A program made the translations under genes and the position numbers. From the IMG/VR virus record IMGVR_UViG_3300044845_000732, positions 1-64,000 of that record: DNA of 64,000 nucleotides. One strand, 5' to 3'. How positions within the stretch are numbered: the first letter of the stretch is position 1; every line of letters begins with the position of its first letter. The notes beneath the pieces are model-generated. The model made no database searches. It was not told the origin of the DNA and saw only the letters and a program-made list of their open reading frames with translations. Source of the DNA: a virus. Taxonomy: Duplodnaviria > Heunggongvirae > Uroviricota > Caudoviricetes. Positions 20,255-30,179 of this stretch are shown here, piece by piece.

Positions 20255-20688
20255 TATTCAACAATTTTATCAGAATCCTTACTATCAATTTCTTTAATCT
20301 TACCAACCATCTTCTCTAATCCGGAAAACATTGTCTTTCTTTTATCCTCATACATTTGTCTCATATCTTCCTGTCTACCATCACCGATGAAAGTTTTACT
20401 AACTAAATTTTCAATAGTATTGTGTAATTTTTCTTTAATACTCATTGGTGAAGATTCAATTGGTATGAAGATAATTTTCTCAACTTCGTATCTATCAAAT
20501 TTCAAATTAAACTTAACCGACCGGGTATATTTTTCAATAACTTCCAACTCAACATTCATATAAACGATTGGGCCTAATTTAGTCCAAAACAATTTTCCAT
20601 CTTCTTGGGGATTAGGTAACTGAACTCGGATGTTGGAACCAATAACGTTCTCCAACATAAAATCTATGTATTTTTTTGTTATACTCAT
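20254..20688 (-). CDS. hypothetical protein
   Basis: 144-aa ORF, translationally coupled to its neighbours. Confidence 0.5.
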   Translation of the reverse strand: MSITKKYIDFMLENVIGSNIRVQLPNPQEDGKLFWTKLGPIVYMNVELEVIEKYTRSVKFNLKFDRYEVEKIIFIPIESSPMSIKEKLHNTIENLVSKTFIGDGRQEDMRQMYEDKRKTMFSGLEKMVGKIKEIDSKDSDKIVE

Positions 20689-20867
20689 ACGTTATTATAT
20701 TCTTGTAATTTAGCTTTCATGTGTTGAAATGCTCTTTCAATGGATGCGTTAATATCCATAAATTCATTTTCCTGTTTGATTTTATTAGATAATTCCAATA
20801 CTTCTTTACGAATACCTAAAGATTCGGCTTCCATTAGTATTTCTAAAGTGAATTCTTCGTTTGTCAT
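20685..20867 (-). CDS. small hypothetical protein
   Basis: 60-aa ORF overlapping its neighbours by 4 nt. Confidence 0.4.
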   Translation of the reverse strand: MTNEEFTLEILMEAESLGIRKEVLELSNKIKQENEFMDINASIERAFQHMKAKLQEYNNV

Positions 20868-21073
20868 TTTTTTATGTTGTTAATGAGGTTATTGTACTCT
20901 TTTAATAAAGTTTGTTTATCATCCGATAAGTAATCTTTTTCGGATAACCAGTTAATTAATTCCTGTTTACCTAAATTATAAGATTCCACCATTGCTTGAA
21001 TGATGGAATCTTTATCCAAAAATGAATTATGGACAATATTTGTCTCGTAAATCGTTTCTAATTTTTGTTTCAT
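20864..21073 (-). CDS. small hypothetical protein
   Basis: 69-aa ORF overlapping its neighbours by 4 nt. Confidence 0.4.
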   Translation of the reverse strand: MKQKLETIYETNIVHNSFLDKDSIIQAMVESYNLGKQELINWLSEKDYLSDDKQTLLKEYNNLINNIKK

Positions 21074-22149
21074 GACTCACTTTCTTTTTGCCAAAATGGT
21101 TTACTATATGTTGGTCTTATCTTCTCCCAAATGTATGAAGAATAATCCCTTTTATCAAACATTTTAAATAATATTGGTTGAAGATATTGTTCTTGAGTCA
21201 TAACCCATTCAGCAAAAACTTTTCTGTCTGTAACCGGTTCTTTATCGTTGTACTTACCATACATATAGTAATCAAACGTTTTTCCAGCTCTTTCACTAAT
21301 TTGAAAATACCCATATCTCAAATCTTTAACCACATTTTTAACCCATTTGTCAAATTCATCCGGGACTTTATCCAAATATGTGTTTATGTCTTCCCCATTT
21401 TTTAATACTTCCCAAATGTTTATATTAGAAAATCCGGTTAAGATTCTGTGGAGACGAACGTATTCTTCCCCTTTTATCTTCATTCTAAACCCATTTCTGA
21501 ATCTTATGACAAAACCTTCTTGGTTTGACTCAATAATTGATTTAAGGGTCTTATAATCCTCCACTCCATCATATCGTTTAACAACTGGGAATCCCACAAC
21601 TTCACAAACTTGAATCAAAGAAGAATAATCAAATTCTTTCCCTGAAACATTACTAATCATAGTAAGTGCAACCAAACTTTCTTCGTCACCATAATCACAA
21701 ACAATACGATTCTCCGGATAGATAATTTCCACCAAAGTAGTATATCCTTTTGGAACTGGTTGTATATCATATTTTGATAACATTTCTTGACCTTTAATTG
21801 CTTGGTCTGAAGTGAATGAACCTTTACTTGCAAAAATCCATTTACCTTGGTACCAAAACAATATACCTAACGAGCCATCCATTTTTTCAAATACCTCAAA
21901 AGTTTCATTTGGGATTTCACTTGGGTCGTGTTCTTCCATGTTGAAAAACTTACCAAATGGTTTTGCAAGAACATTACCATCATTATCTAATACAAGACCT
22001 CGACAATTTCTGGTTATTGTATCCCACAGACCTTCATATTGAACTTTTCTTGAGTAGTTGTAAATCGCGATTGGAAGAGTTGGATGAGAGTTTTTCTCAA
22101 TCAAACCTTCACTAACGTATCTGTTTATTATTTCTATATCAATTTTCAT
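21070..22149 (-). CDS. RNA ligase (T4 Rnl-like nucleotidyltransferase)
   Basis: KMDGSLG lysine-adenylation motif (KxDG). Start set at MKIDIEII, with TAtcTTTG 4 nt upstream (22154-22161). Confidence 0.65.
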   Translation of the reverse strand: MKIDIEIINRYVSEGLIEKNSHPTLPIAIYNYSRKVQYEGLWDTITRNCRGLVLDNDGNVLAKPFGKFFNMEEHDPSEIPNETFEVFEKMDGSLGILFWYQGKWIFASKGSFTSDQAIKGQEMLSKYDIQPVPKGYTTLVEIIYPENRIVCDYGDEESLVALTMISNVSGKEFDYSSLIQVCEVVGFPVVKRYDGVEDYKTLKSIIESNQEGFVIRFRNGFRMKIKGEEYVRLHRILTGFSNINIWEVLKNGEDINTYLDKVPDEFDKWVKNVVKDLRYGYFQISERAGKTFDYYMYGKYNDKEPVTDRKVFAEWVMTQEQYLQPILFKMFDKRDYSSYIWEKIRPTYSKPFWQKESES

Positions 22150-22165
22150 AATGCAAAGATAAAAA

Positions 22166-22196
22166 AAAATCCTCAATAAATGAGGATTTTTTAAAT
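22166..22196 (-). terminator. rho-independent terminator
   Basis: Hairpin AATCCTCA-ataa-TGAGGATT flanked by A/T runs, downstream of the SPFH gene. Confidence 0.55.
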
Positions 22197-22210
22197 ATTT
22201 TATTTTTTTA

Positions 22211-23038
22211 TTATTTTAGACCGTACAACACTTGAGTGTTAGCCCCCAACTGAGTGGTTGGAACATTACCTTTCCATTTCTCAATCCATTGTTGTTGTAA
22301 TAACATTGGAGTTAATGTTTGTTGTCTTAATCTGTTAGATTCCGCCTCAGCTCTTGCGTTTGCCAACAATGCCTCAGCATTACCATTAGCAGTTGCCACT
22401 TTAATTTTTGCCTCAGCCTCAGCCTGTTTTACTTTGTTCTCCGCCATCAATGCCGACTGTACCGCGTTGTTCTTAGCATTAATTGCTTTCTTGAATGAAT
22501 CCGGATAAACTAAATTAGATGTGAACTGATTAATTACGAATCCTTCTTTAAGTAGTTGAGCTTCTAACAAACGTCTAACTTCAATCTCAAAAATTTCTCT
22601 ATTTCCGATTAATCCATCTGCAGTATACTTATTAGTTGCTAAACGGAATGCGTCATACACTGCAGTTTTTAAGAATCCTTCTTCAATTTCTTCCAAACTT
22701 CTTCTGTATTTAGCGAATATTGTAGGGACTTTTTCTCTTTGAACTGAATAGTTCATAATTGGAGAAACACTAAATTCCGAACCATCCTTACTATTTACCA
22801 CAAATGAATTTTCATCTTTGTATTCTTTGTGTTGTATAAACGTTGGGAACTCATAAATTTTTGTGGTGATAGGATTATAAAATACTACCCCCGTACATTC
22901 GGTGACATCGTTCACCCCTTTACCACTTCCGTACATATCGACTTTTACACCTACGTGACCCGCATCGATTCTTTCACACGACATTGCCATTGTAAAAAGT
23001 AATACGACAATTCCTACTGCTACTAAAATTCTTCTCAT
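22211..23038 (-). CDS. SPFH/band-7 (prohibitin/stomatin-like) protein
   Basis: N-terminal TM segment. SPFH core and C-terminal Ala/Glu-rich coiled coil (AENKVKQAEAEAKIKVATANGNAEALLANARAEAE). Confidence 0.72.
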   Translation of the reverse strand: MRRILVAVGIVVLLFTMAMSCERIDAGHVGVKVDMYGSGKGVNDVTECTGVVFYNPITTKIYEFPTFIQHKEYKDENSFVVNSKDGSEFSVSPIMNYSVQREKVPTIFAKYRRSLEEIEEGFLKTAVYDAFRLATNKYTADGLIGNREIFEIEVRRLLEAQLLKEGFVINQFTSNLVYPDSFKKAINAKNNAVQSALMAENKVKQAEAEAKIKVATANGNAEALLANARAEAESNRLRQQTLTPMLLQQQWIEKWKGNVPTTQLGANTQVLYGLK

Positions 23039-23328
23039 TTTTTTTCTTGTTTTAAGTTATTTTTATTTTTTTTCTTTGGTTTTTTAGGTTCCTCGGTTGT
23101 TATTTCCGTTTCCTTATCTTTAGACCATTTCGATACTAAATCAAACATAAAACGACATATGTAGGCAAACCCTAATAATTGTAATCCTAATAATACAAGA
23201 CCTGAATTGAATAGGTATGTGTCTGGACGGTTCATCAAATAAAATGATAAATCAATTGTTTCAACTAAACCAATTATTACTAATAAAATCCCAATAACAA
23301 TTGCAATTTTCTTCATACTATTTTTCAA
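23035..23328 (-). CDS. NfeD-like small membrane protein (SPFH partner)
   Basis: Two TM helices; directly upstream of and overlapping the SPFH gene. Confidence 0.45.
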   Translation of the reverse strand: MKNSMKKIAIVIGILLVIIGLVETIDLSFYLMNRPDTYLFNSGLVLLGLQLLGFAYICRFMFDLVSKWSKDKETEITTEEPKKPKKKNKNNLKQEKK

Positions 23329-23539
23329 TTAACATATTGGTATTTGAAATTGGTAATCTCATTACAGGAATTGAAGTAACGGATTGAGATTCCGCCTTTT
23401 GCATTACTTCGTAAAATCCAAGTTCTGAACATTTTACGGTTGATACATTATCAAATGTCTCTAATACTTGTGATTCACCTTGTGAACCTGACAACAACTT
23501 AACTTTTTTTGTTGTTGTGTTAAAAATCAATGTTTGCAT
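23318..23539 (-). CDS. small hypothetical protein
   Basis: 73-aa ORF in the same operon. Confidence 0.4.
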   Translation of the reverse strand: MQTLIFNTTTKKVKLLSGSQGESQVLETFDNVSTVKCSELGFYEVMQKAESQSVTSIPVMRLPISNTNMLIEK

Positions 23540-23599
23540 ATATTTCTATTTTTATTTTTGTTTGACAAATGTAAGTGATTAAAACTTACCTTCCTAATT

Positions 23600-24262
23600 T
23601 TATTTTCTTTTTTTTCCGTCTTCGGTTTCAATCTCATCCGTGTGGTGGTCAAATAACATATCTGACACAATATCACGTTTATCCATAATTCTTATGATAT
23701 CGTCCATATCATATACTCCAAAAGTTGGGTGGCCATCCATACCAACATCCATTTTCTTACCTTTACCAAATCTTAAGTTTGTTGGCAAGTGAACGTGTCC
23801 GTGAAGGTGAATAACCCCTCTGTTTAGGTTTTCCCAAGATGCAATTGGGTAGTGGAATAGTTCAAATGTTTTGAATTTGTATGACATAGTTGTTGAACGA
23901 GTAACGCTTGCAAATAGTTCCTGACACTCACCTCGGTTATTTTGAATGTGGTGGTCGTGATTACCTAATATAAGGTGAACTTCTTTACACACGATTCTAT
24001 CTCGGAACTTTTGGATGTTTTCAAACCCGCCAAAAGACCAGTCACCCAAGTGAATTAATACATCATCTTCACCAACAACACTATTGATTCCACTAACAAT
24101 AGATTCGTTCATTTGTTCTATTGTTTTGAAATCTCTTGTTTGGTCTATTGGAATACTACCATCCGGTAATCTCCAATTTGTCACCCCACGGCAAATGTTT
24201 TTATGTCCGTAATGTGTATCGGAAGTAATAAAAACTTTTCTATCTTTATCTATTTTAATCAT
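23600..24262 (-). CDS. calcineurin-like metallophosphoesterase
   Basis: Motifs SDTHYGH, GDWSFGG, GNHDHH and GHVH. Confidence 0.7.
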   Translation of the reverse strand: MIKIDKDRKVFITSDTHYGHKNICRGVTNWRLPDGSIPIDQTRDFKTIEQMNESIVSGINSVVGEDDVLIHLGDWSFGGFENIQKFRDRIVCKEVHLILGNHDHHIQNNRGECQELFASVTRSTTMSYKFKTFELFHYPIASWENLNRGVIHLHGHVHLPTNLRFGKGKKMDVGMDGHPTFGVYDMDDIIRIMDKRDIVSDMLFDHHTDEIETEDGKKRK

Positions 24263-24756
24263 ACTGCAAATGTAATTCTTTTTTTTTCAAACCAAAAAGG
24301 TTTCTCTCTATTTTTCCAAGATGCTAAATCACTTTTAGCCCCCATATAATAATTCCTGTAAGATTCTACAACAGAATCAACTTTAAATTCATCCGGCATT
24401 GCCATCGCTGGTTTTGTAAATCCAATATCAATTATGTTAGGTTTGTTTACAATACACCATTCAATAACCTCAATTGATTTGTGTTTTTTACCATATCTGT
24501 ATGTGTATTCTTTACCAAGTTCTAACCCCAATTCACACAAATACAAATAATTTGATAAACTCTCACGAGCCCATATTGCACAAGGATGATTTTTATGTGA
24601 TAACTTGTAGGGTACTTGTAGGGTACTTGATGTGTTGATAGAATGGTGAACACCACATAAAAGTTGTGCTGTCTCTAAAATCATTTTAACAACGTGTTTG
24701 TCTACGTGATATTGTGCTGATAATTTGGGATTCTCATCCAAGAAAAATATATTCAT
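24259..24756 (-). CDS. hypothetical protein
   Basis: Start set at MNIFFLDENPKL, with TAccTTTG immediately upstream (24761-24768). The longer track ORF is low-complexity. Confidence 0.5.
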   Translation of the reverse strand: MNIFFLDENPKLSAQYHVDKHVVKMILETAQLLCGVHHSINTSSTLQVPYKLSHKNHPCAIWARESLSNYLYLCELGLELGKEYTYRYGKKHKSIEVIEWCIVNKPNIIDIGFTKPAMAMPDEFKVDSVVESYRNYYMGAKSDLASWKNREKPFWFEKKRITFAV

Positions 24757-24760
24757 ACGA

Positions 24761-24768
24761 CAAAGGTA
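24761..24768 (-). promoter_or_regulatory. -7 box TAccTTTG (minus strand)
   Basis: The 15-mer ATACCTTTGTCGTAT recurs at 59233-59250 upstream of clpC. Confidence 0.4.
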
Positions 24769-24964
24769 TTGATATATTATGGAATAAAAAAATAGTGAAG
24801 AAAAAAAAAACAAGTGAGGTTGAAATTAGGCGAAGAGTAAATTACCAAGATACTATCAAATGAATTATCAACCTTTCACTTGTCTTAATTAAATATAATA
24901 AGGTATTTTCGATATGTCAAACATAAAAAGGGTAAATCGTGTGTATTTATATTAAAACTTATTT

Positions 24965-25945
24965 ATGAGAACAAATTATGGAATAGGTCAATTGTCAGCG
25001 GCAGAAAAGTCGGATATATTAGACCAACACAGAAGTTTATACAACGGTTACCAAACAATGCAACCTCAAGTATCAAATACCCAACCATTATATGTATATG
25101 ACCCAGCTGGTGATAAGGATGGTCTTGTTGTTAATAATAAAGGTGAGGTCAAAAAATATACAAACTTTGGAATTAACGAACAAGTTGAATCTAAAAGTAT
25201 GTGTGAGCAATGTGGAGGTCAAATGGCCGAAGGTATTTGTGAACAATGTGGTACAAACGAAGAAATAGAAGAAGGTACAGGTAAATTAGACGACATCTAT
25301 AAAGAAAGAGATTTAAATCTGTCTCATGGTGATTTTGACTATGTTGAAGGTGGAGGAAACGATTACGGAACATTTGAAGGAATGCATAAAAATCTTTATA
25401 AAGAAGATGATGTAATTGATGATACTGGTTTTGAAGACGAAGAATCAGAAACAGACGTATTGGATGAACAAGGTGGAAACACCGATGATATGGATACTGA
25501 TTCTGTTGAACCGGCATATGATTTTGACAGTAATGGTCCTCTTGATGTTTATCCGGTTAACGAATATGATGATGAGGAAGAAGTTAAATATGAAAGAATG
25601 GAGTCTGCGTTCTCAGATGAAATAGCTGAAGTTGATGTTTCAGGTTCTCAAGGAATTTACGGAGATATGGACCCAGCATATGATTTTGATAGTGATGGAC
25701 CTGGCATTGCAGGACCATACCAAAGATTTAGTTATAATGAGGACGAAGATATGGATAGTAGTGAAGAACTATATCCAAGTTTTTCTTCAGATGGAGAATT
25801 TATGGGAATGTCAAAATCTATGGGTGATATGGAAACTAATGATGAAGATGAGTGGGAAGAAATTGACACAGACCTACAAGAAGATTTTAAAACTCAAAAA
25901 AATAAAATCTCAGAGATGTTTAACAGAATGAGCAGATATAATTAA
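24965..25945 (+). CDS. acidic protein with a zinc-ribbon (2x CxxC)
   Basis: CEQCGGQ...CEQCGT, followed by a long Asp/Glu-rich region. Confidence 0.55.
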   Translation: MRTNYGIGQLSAAEKSDILDQHRSLYNGYQTMQPQVSNTQPLYVYDPAGDKDGLVVNNKGEVKKYTNFGINEQVESKSMCEQCGGQMAEGICEQCGTNEEIEEGTGKLDDIYKERDLNLSHGDFDYVEGGGNDYGTFEGMHKNLYKEDDVIDDTGFEDEESETDVLDEQGGNTDDMDTDSVEPAYDFDSNGPLDVYPVNEYDDEEEVKYERMESAFSDEIAEVDVSGSQGIYGDMDPAYDFDSDGPGIAGPYQRFSYNEDEDMDSSEELYPSFSSDGEFMGMSKSMGDMETNDEDEWEEIDTDLQEDFKTQKNKISEMFNRMSRYN

Positions 25946-25949
25946 AAAC

Positions 25950-25978
25950 AAAACCCTCAATAATGAGGGTTTTTTTAT
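25950..25978. terminator. bidirectional terminator
   Basis: Hairpin AACCCTCA-ataa-TGAGGGTT with flanking A/T runs. Confidence 0.6.
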
Positions 25979-27228
25979 AGAATATCTTTAACTAAATCAT
26001 AAATAAATTTATTTTTAATTTCTTCCCACGAGTATGTAACACTATTTGTGGTTTTTTTTTCATTAGTAAAAACTATCAAATCTTGGTTTATTGGTAATAA
26101 ATCTTGAACAATTTTTTTAATATCATTAATACAAAATACTTTTTGAAAACTTTCTAAATCTAAAACATCATCTGTTTTATAATAAATTTTAAGAGGTTTT
26201 AGTATGTTATAATAAGTTCTTTTTTTTGACAGTATAGTTTCGTATGGTAATTGTGGGTTATCGGTAAAATTAATTATACAAATATTGTCAAACATTTCCT
26301 CCATTTTAATATCATTTGGGGTTCTAGTACGATTAAGTAATATTAAATTTTTTTTATTCCACGACCTACCAATATCTTGATTCTTTAGTAAACCAATGTT
26401 TTTAGGTAATTCTCCATCATAATTAATTAAATTATAAAATTTTTGATAACGATTAGTTTTTATTGATGTTAAATTTTCATAGGCGTACCTCATGTTAATA
26501 ACCATCTCATTTAAATCATACTCACTATTTTTATCGTGAAGTAATTCCAATTTTTTTATTGTTTTTTCTAAATCATAAAAATGAGATAAATGATAACCAT
26601 TATCTATAATTTCAAAATTATCTTTTGATAAATCTGATTTATTGAAATATGCAAGATAAATCATATTAGGATTTGTTATTAACCGTGTATATTGAAACCC
26701 AATGGTTCCTATAGTTGGAATTACATCATAATATTTTACTGACCATATAAAGTTAGTGTGTCTTAAAAGAACAACACCAAATTTAAGATGAGGTTTAAAT
26801 AAAGAAACTTTAGATAAATCTGGAATTTCATCAACGTCTGAAATTAAAATTAAATCATCGAACCCTATTGATTTTTCTAATAAAATACCAATTAATATTG
26901 TTATTTGAAAAAACCTAATATCATTTTTTTCTAAAAAATTTGGGTCTTCGTTATTAGAATTTCGTGTGAATTTAACTGATTCATAAAGATGAGATACATC
27001 ATCAAAAGTTAATTTTGGGGTTGGAAGATATGTTATTTTATTTTCCCATTTTTTAAATAAATCAATATTTTCAAGATAATTCAATGGTTTAGGATTACCC
27101 TTAAAATCCATTTCACATTCCATAATAACGAATTCGTCTACGTACTCATCTAACTCCGTTAACCTAAAATGCAACATTTCTATTTCATCGTATAAAAAAA
27201 TAGCGTCAATTATTTTATGTTTTCTCAT
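25975..27228 (-). CDS. glycosyltransferase family 17-like (GnT-III-like)
   Basis: N-terminal IFLYDEIEMLHFRLTELDEYVDEFVIMEC resembles the GT17 signature (FNNELDLLEIRL...VDxFVIxE). Confidence 0.5.
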   Translation of the reverse strand: MRKHKIIDAIFLYDEIEMLHFRLTELDEYVDEFVIMECEMDFKGNPKPLNYLENIDLFKKWENKITYLPTPKLTFDDVSHLYESVKFTRNSNNEDPNFLEKNDIRFFQITILIGILLEKSIGFDDLILISDVDEIPDLSKVSLFKPHLKFGVVLLRHTNFIWSVKYYDVIPTIGTIGFQYTRLITNPNMIYLAYFNKSDLSKDNFEIIDNGYHLSHFYDLEKTIKKLELLHDKNSEYDLNEMVINMRYAYENLTSIKTNRYQKFYNLINYDGELPKNIGLLKNQDIGRSWNKKNLILLNRTRTPNDIKMEEMFDNICIINFTDNPQLPYETILSKKRTYYNILKPLKIYYKTDDVLDLESFQKVFCINDIKKIVQDLLPINQDLIVFTNEKKTTNSVTYSWEEIKNKFIYDLVKDIL

Positions 27229-27285
27229 ATTGTGTTGAAATTATTAATAATATTAATTATAATTAATTTAATAAAAAAAACACAA

Positions 27286-27885
27286 ATGTCATTAACAAAT
27301 CATTTTTTACCTGAACATCGAAGTAATATTAATCACATGAATTATTATTATTTTACGGATGCGTTCACACCTGAAGAAATTCTTAAAATAATTGAAATAG
27401 GTGAAACACAACAACTAATTAAAGCAACTACTGTTGGGAGTGACCAAGAACTCACTGTTTCTGACTATAGAAAAAGTGAAATTTCTTGGATTGATGAGAC
27501 AGAAGAAACTTCTTGGATTTATGAGAAAATCGCCTATTATGCAAAAATTGCAAATAAAGAATTGTGGAATTTTGATATATGGGATTATCAAGACCAATTA
27601 CAATTTACTAAATATTATGGTAACGGAGGTCACTATGATTGGCATGTTGATTTAGGTCCGGGTATTTCAAATAGAAAATTATCGTGTGTATTACAATTAT
27701 CAACACCTGAAGAATATGAAGGTGGTGTATTACAAATGAATCCTGGTGGTAATATAATGGAAGTTCCAAAAGGACTAGGTACATTATGTTTCTTCCCATC
27801 ATTTTTATTACATAGGGTGACACCATTAAGTTCAGGGGTTAGGAAGTCATTAGTAACTTGGTTATGTGGAGCAAATTTTAGATAA
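27286..27885 (+). CDS. prolyl 4-hydroxylase-like 2OG-Fe(II) oxygenase
   Basis: HYDWHVD (HxD) ... LHRV. Start set at the internal ATG (MSLTNHF). Confidence 0.65.
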   Translation: MSLTNHFLPEHRSNINHMNYYYFTDAFTPEEILKIIEIGETQQLIKATTVGSDQELTVSDYRKSEISWIDETEETSWIYEKIAYYAKIANKELWNFDIWDYQDQLQFTKYYGNGGHYDWHVDLGPGISNRKLSCVLQLSTPEEYEGGVLQMNPGGNIMEVPKGLGTLCFFPSFLLHRVTPLSSGVRKSLVTWLCGANFR

Positions 27886-28313
27886 TGACAAATACTCAAG
27901 TAAATCATAAAGATTTTATTAAAATTGCCAAAGAACATGATTATTTTCTTTGGCATTTTTTGCAAAAAAACCAAAATGAAACTGGTTTATCTTTACGCTC
28001 AACCTATGGAGAAAATAATGATACAAATGAACTTAATATTTTATTAAAAGAAATTGAAATACCTTATTTTGAGTCGTATACAGAAGATTCTATTGATTTC
28101 TTACATGAATTAGGTATTCCATATAATAAATTATGGGACCCCAATTTTGATTTTATGCTTAAAACTATAAACACTCAATATCATCCTTTAGTTATCGGTT
28201 TCAAAAAATTTGAAAAAATATTAACAACTTTAGATACTTGTTATTGTACTGATGGGGTTTTAAAAATTATTAAAGAACTTAACCCTGACTTAATTTTGAA
28301 CCATCAATGTTAA
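27885..28313 (+). CDS. hypothetical protein
   Basis: 142-aa ORF. Confidence 0.45.
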   Translation: MTNTQVNHKDFIKIAKEHDYFLWHFLQKNQNETGLSLRSTYGENNDTNELNILLKEIEIPYFESYTEDSIDFLHELGIPYNKLWDPNFDFMLKTINTQYHPLVIGFKKFEKILTTLDTCYCTDGVLKIIKELNPDLILNHQC

Positions 28314-28891
28314 CGTTCAGTGTTGAAGAAAAACACTTGAAATAATCTTCCGTCATTAAGGTCTTTCCCAAAATAATCTAAAGATACGTGATAGTTGTCG
28401 GCTCTATACATTATTAGTCGATTAAATACATTTCCAACTCGGTCCACCATTTCCCATTTTGTATAATCCATCATATCATGTCCCGGAGGTGCTTGTTTCA
28501 TGTATTCAGGGTCGTTTTGTTTTTTATAGTCAAAATTCATCCATCCGGTTTCTTTATGTCTAAAAATACCTGTACCTGCAGTTGCGGGTGCGTCAGGGGT
28601 TAAATAACAAACTGCTGCCCAATCAGTTGTTGAATCCGCATGAATCCATGACCTATCGGATGCTGTTGTATATTGAAAAGAACCTGTATATTCTCCACCC
28701 CAATTTGTAATCTCACCGGCAAATGGATATAAGATATCCCTTAATTTCTTTTTAATTGGGTCATTTAAGAACGATACGGTTCTTTGTCCGGGATAATTAC
28801 CTCTAACTTTAAATTCTTGTTTAAGTGCAAATTCTCTAACCTGCATTGGGTTAGCGTAAAAGTCGTCGATAGTTAATGAATTAAATCTCAT
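28310..28891 (-). CDS. hypothetical protein (possible dioxygenase-like)
   Basis: WIHADS ... YHVS His/Asp pattern; only a weak assignment. Confidence 0.4.
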   Translation of the reverse strand: MRFNSLTIDDFYANPMQVREFALKQEFKVRGNYPGQRTVSFLNDPIKKKLRDILYPFAGEITNWGGEYTGSFQYTTASDRSWIHADSTTDWAAVCYLTPDAPATAGTGIFRHKETGWMNFDYKKQNDPEYMKQAPPGHDMMDYTKWEMVDRVGNVFNRLIMYRADNYHVSLDYFGKDLNDGRLFQVFFFNTER

Positions 28892-29005
28892 TTTATTATG
28901 TTTTTGTAATAAAAATATAAGAATAAATATTAATAAAAAAATTGTATTTGTTGATTAAATCTCGTCTTTTTGTAAGTTTTAATATATTTGTTTATAAAAC
29001 TAATT

Positions 29006-29311
29006 ATGGAAATTAAAGAAATTATATCATATTATCTAAATGGTGACACAAATATTATTGAGGTTTCATTTAGAACTATTGAAGATGAAGAAGATGTGTT
29101 AAGAAACGACACAATTGATTATACTATTGTTGAGGAATACGGATTTGACCTTGTTACTGAGTCATTTGACTTTTTTGATGACGATGATGATTTTGAAGGA
29201 GGTATTTTTGAAGAAGAAACAATTGAATTGGATGAAGATGAGTTAATCGTATTCTTAAATGAATACTATTTAATTAACCCATCTCAATTACCAAAGAGTG
29301 AGTTCTATTAA
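29006..29311 (+). CDS. acidic hypothetical protein
   Basis: Start set at ATG 29006 (MEIKEII); Asp/Glu-rich. Confidence 0.45.
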   Translation: MEIKEIISYYLNGDTNIIEVSFRTIEDEEDVLRNDTIDYTIVEEYGFDLVTESFDFFDDDDDFEGGIFEEETIELDEDELIVFLNEYYLINPSQLPKSEFY

Positions 29312-29859
29312 GGACCCACTCTTGTTAAAAACATTGTCATAACTTGTTTTTCTCCGTACTTACCATTAAACCAACCACCAACACTCTTTAACTGAAGACT
29401 CTCATATCCGTCATGTTCAATGTGGAATGTAATTCTTCTAGACGAACCATTGTCCGTAATGTAATCAAATTGTAAGTAACCAAGGTCGTAAGCGTAGTTA
29501 TTTAAGATTCTGTAAAAAATTTCATTGGGGGCATTACCATAACCCCAAATGTCTTGACCACCTTGAGTAACTCCTACTAATTTCATTCTAATAGATGCAT
29601 AATCCATATGAATGTAAAAATGATTAATTGGTATTACATCAAATGGTTTTGGTAGTGATGAGTTGTTATACGTTGTCCCAAGAAGATATAAAGAATCTCT
29701 TGTTTGATTTTGGTCAACGTTAGTAATGTCTAATTTGGAAACCACATATTTCCCACTAAGTGTTACATCACTTTTTTCTGTTACATACGCTTCACAGGAA
29801 AAAAGTAAGAAACATACCGATAATATTAAGATTATTTTTTTCATACGGCTAAAGTACAA
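29308..29859 (-). CDS. lipoprotein
   Basis: Signal peptide plus lipobox LFSC. Confidence 0.55.
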   Translation of the reverse strand: MYFSRMKKIILILSVCFLLFSCEAYVTEKSDVTLSGKYVVSKLDITNVDQNQTRDSLYLLGTTYNNSSLPKPFDVIPINHFYIHMDYASIRMKLVGVTQGGQDIWGYGNAPNEIFYRILNNYAYDLGYLQFDYITDNGSSRRITFHIEHDGYESLQLKSVGGWFNGKYGEKQVMTMFLTRVGP

Positions 29860-29893
29860 CTATTTATTTAAATAACAAAAAAAAATATTAAAA

Positions 29894-30145
29894 ATGGTTA
29901 CAGATATTAACGCACTTATTGATTTTTTCAAAAAATACACTCCACAGACCGAATCGAAAGATGAAATTGGTGAACAAGACGCAGCACCTGCCTCATCTGC
30001 ACCATCTTCAGGTGGTGGTGGAGGGTCAGTACCAAAGTGGGCTGACTTTTATACCTTAACACGAGGTAAGGCAAATATGTTGGGTAAAGCCGGTGAAAAA
30101 TGGCAAACCGGATTAAATCGTGGTGCGGCTAATCAGATTTGGTAA
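29894..30145 (+). CDS. hypothetical Gly/Ser-rich protein
   Basis: 83-aa ORF. Confidence 0.45.
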   Translation: MVTDINALIDFFKKYTPQTESKDEIGEQDAAPASSAPSSGGGGGSVPKWADFYTLTRGKANMLGKAGEKWQTGLNRGAANQIW

Positions 30146-30179
30146 TAACGATATATTTATAAAATAAAATACTTAAAAT

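Noticed and set aside
21178-22508. ORFs 21178..21405, 21347..21556, 21812..22042, 22254..22508 (+)
   Set aside because: Antisense to the RNA ligase and SPFH genes.
24259-24756. Possible T4 DenV-like pyrimidine-dimer glycosylase
   Set aside because: Only a loose N-terminal resemblance (L..P.L.AQ.H.DKH); not enough to call.
25191-25931. ORFs 25191..25517(-), 25416..25625(+), 25632..25931(+)
   Set aside because: Internal or antisense frames of the acidic gene 24965..25945.
27415-27974. ORFs 27415..27597(-), 27434..27655(+), 27608..27826(-), 27633..27974(-)
   Set aside because: They overlap the P4H-like gene in other frames or strands.
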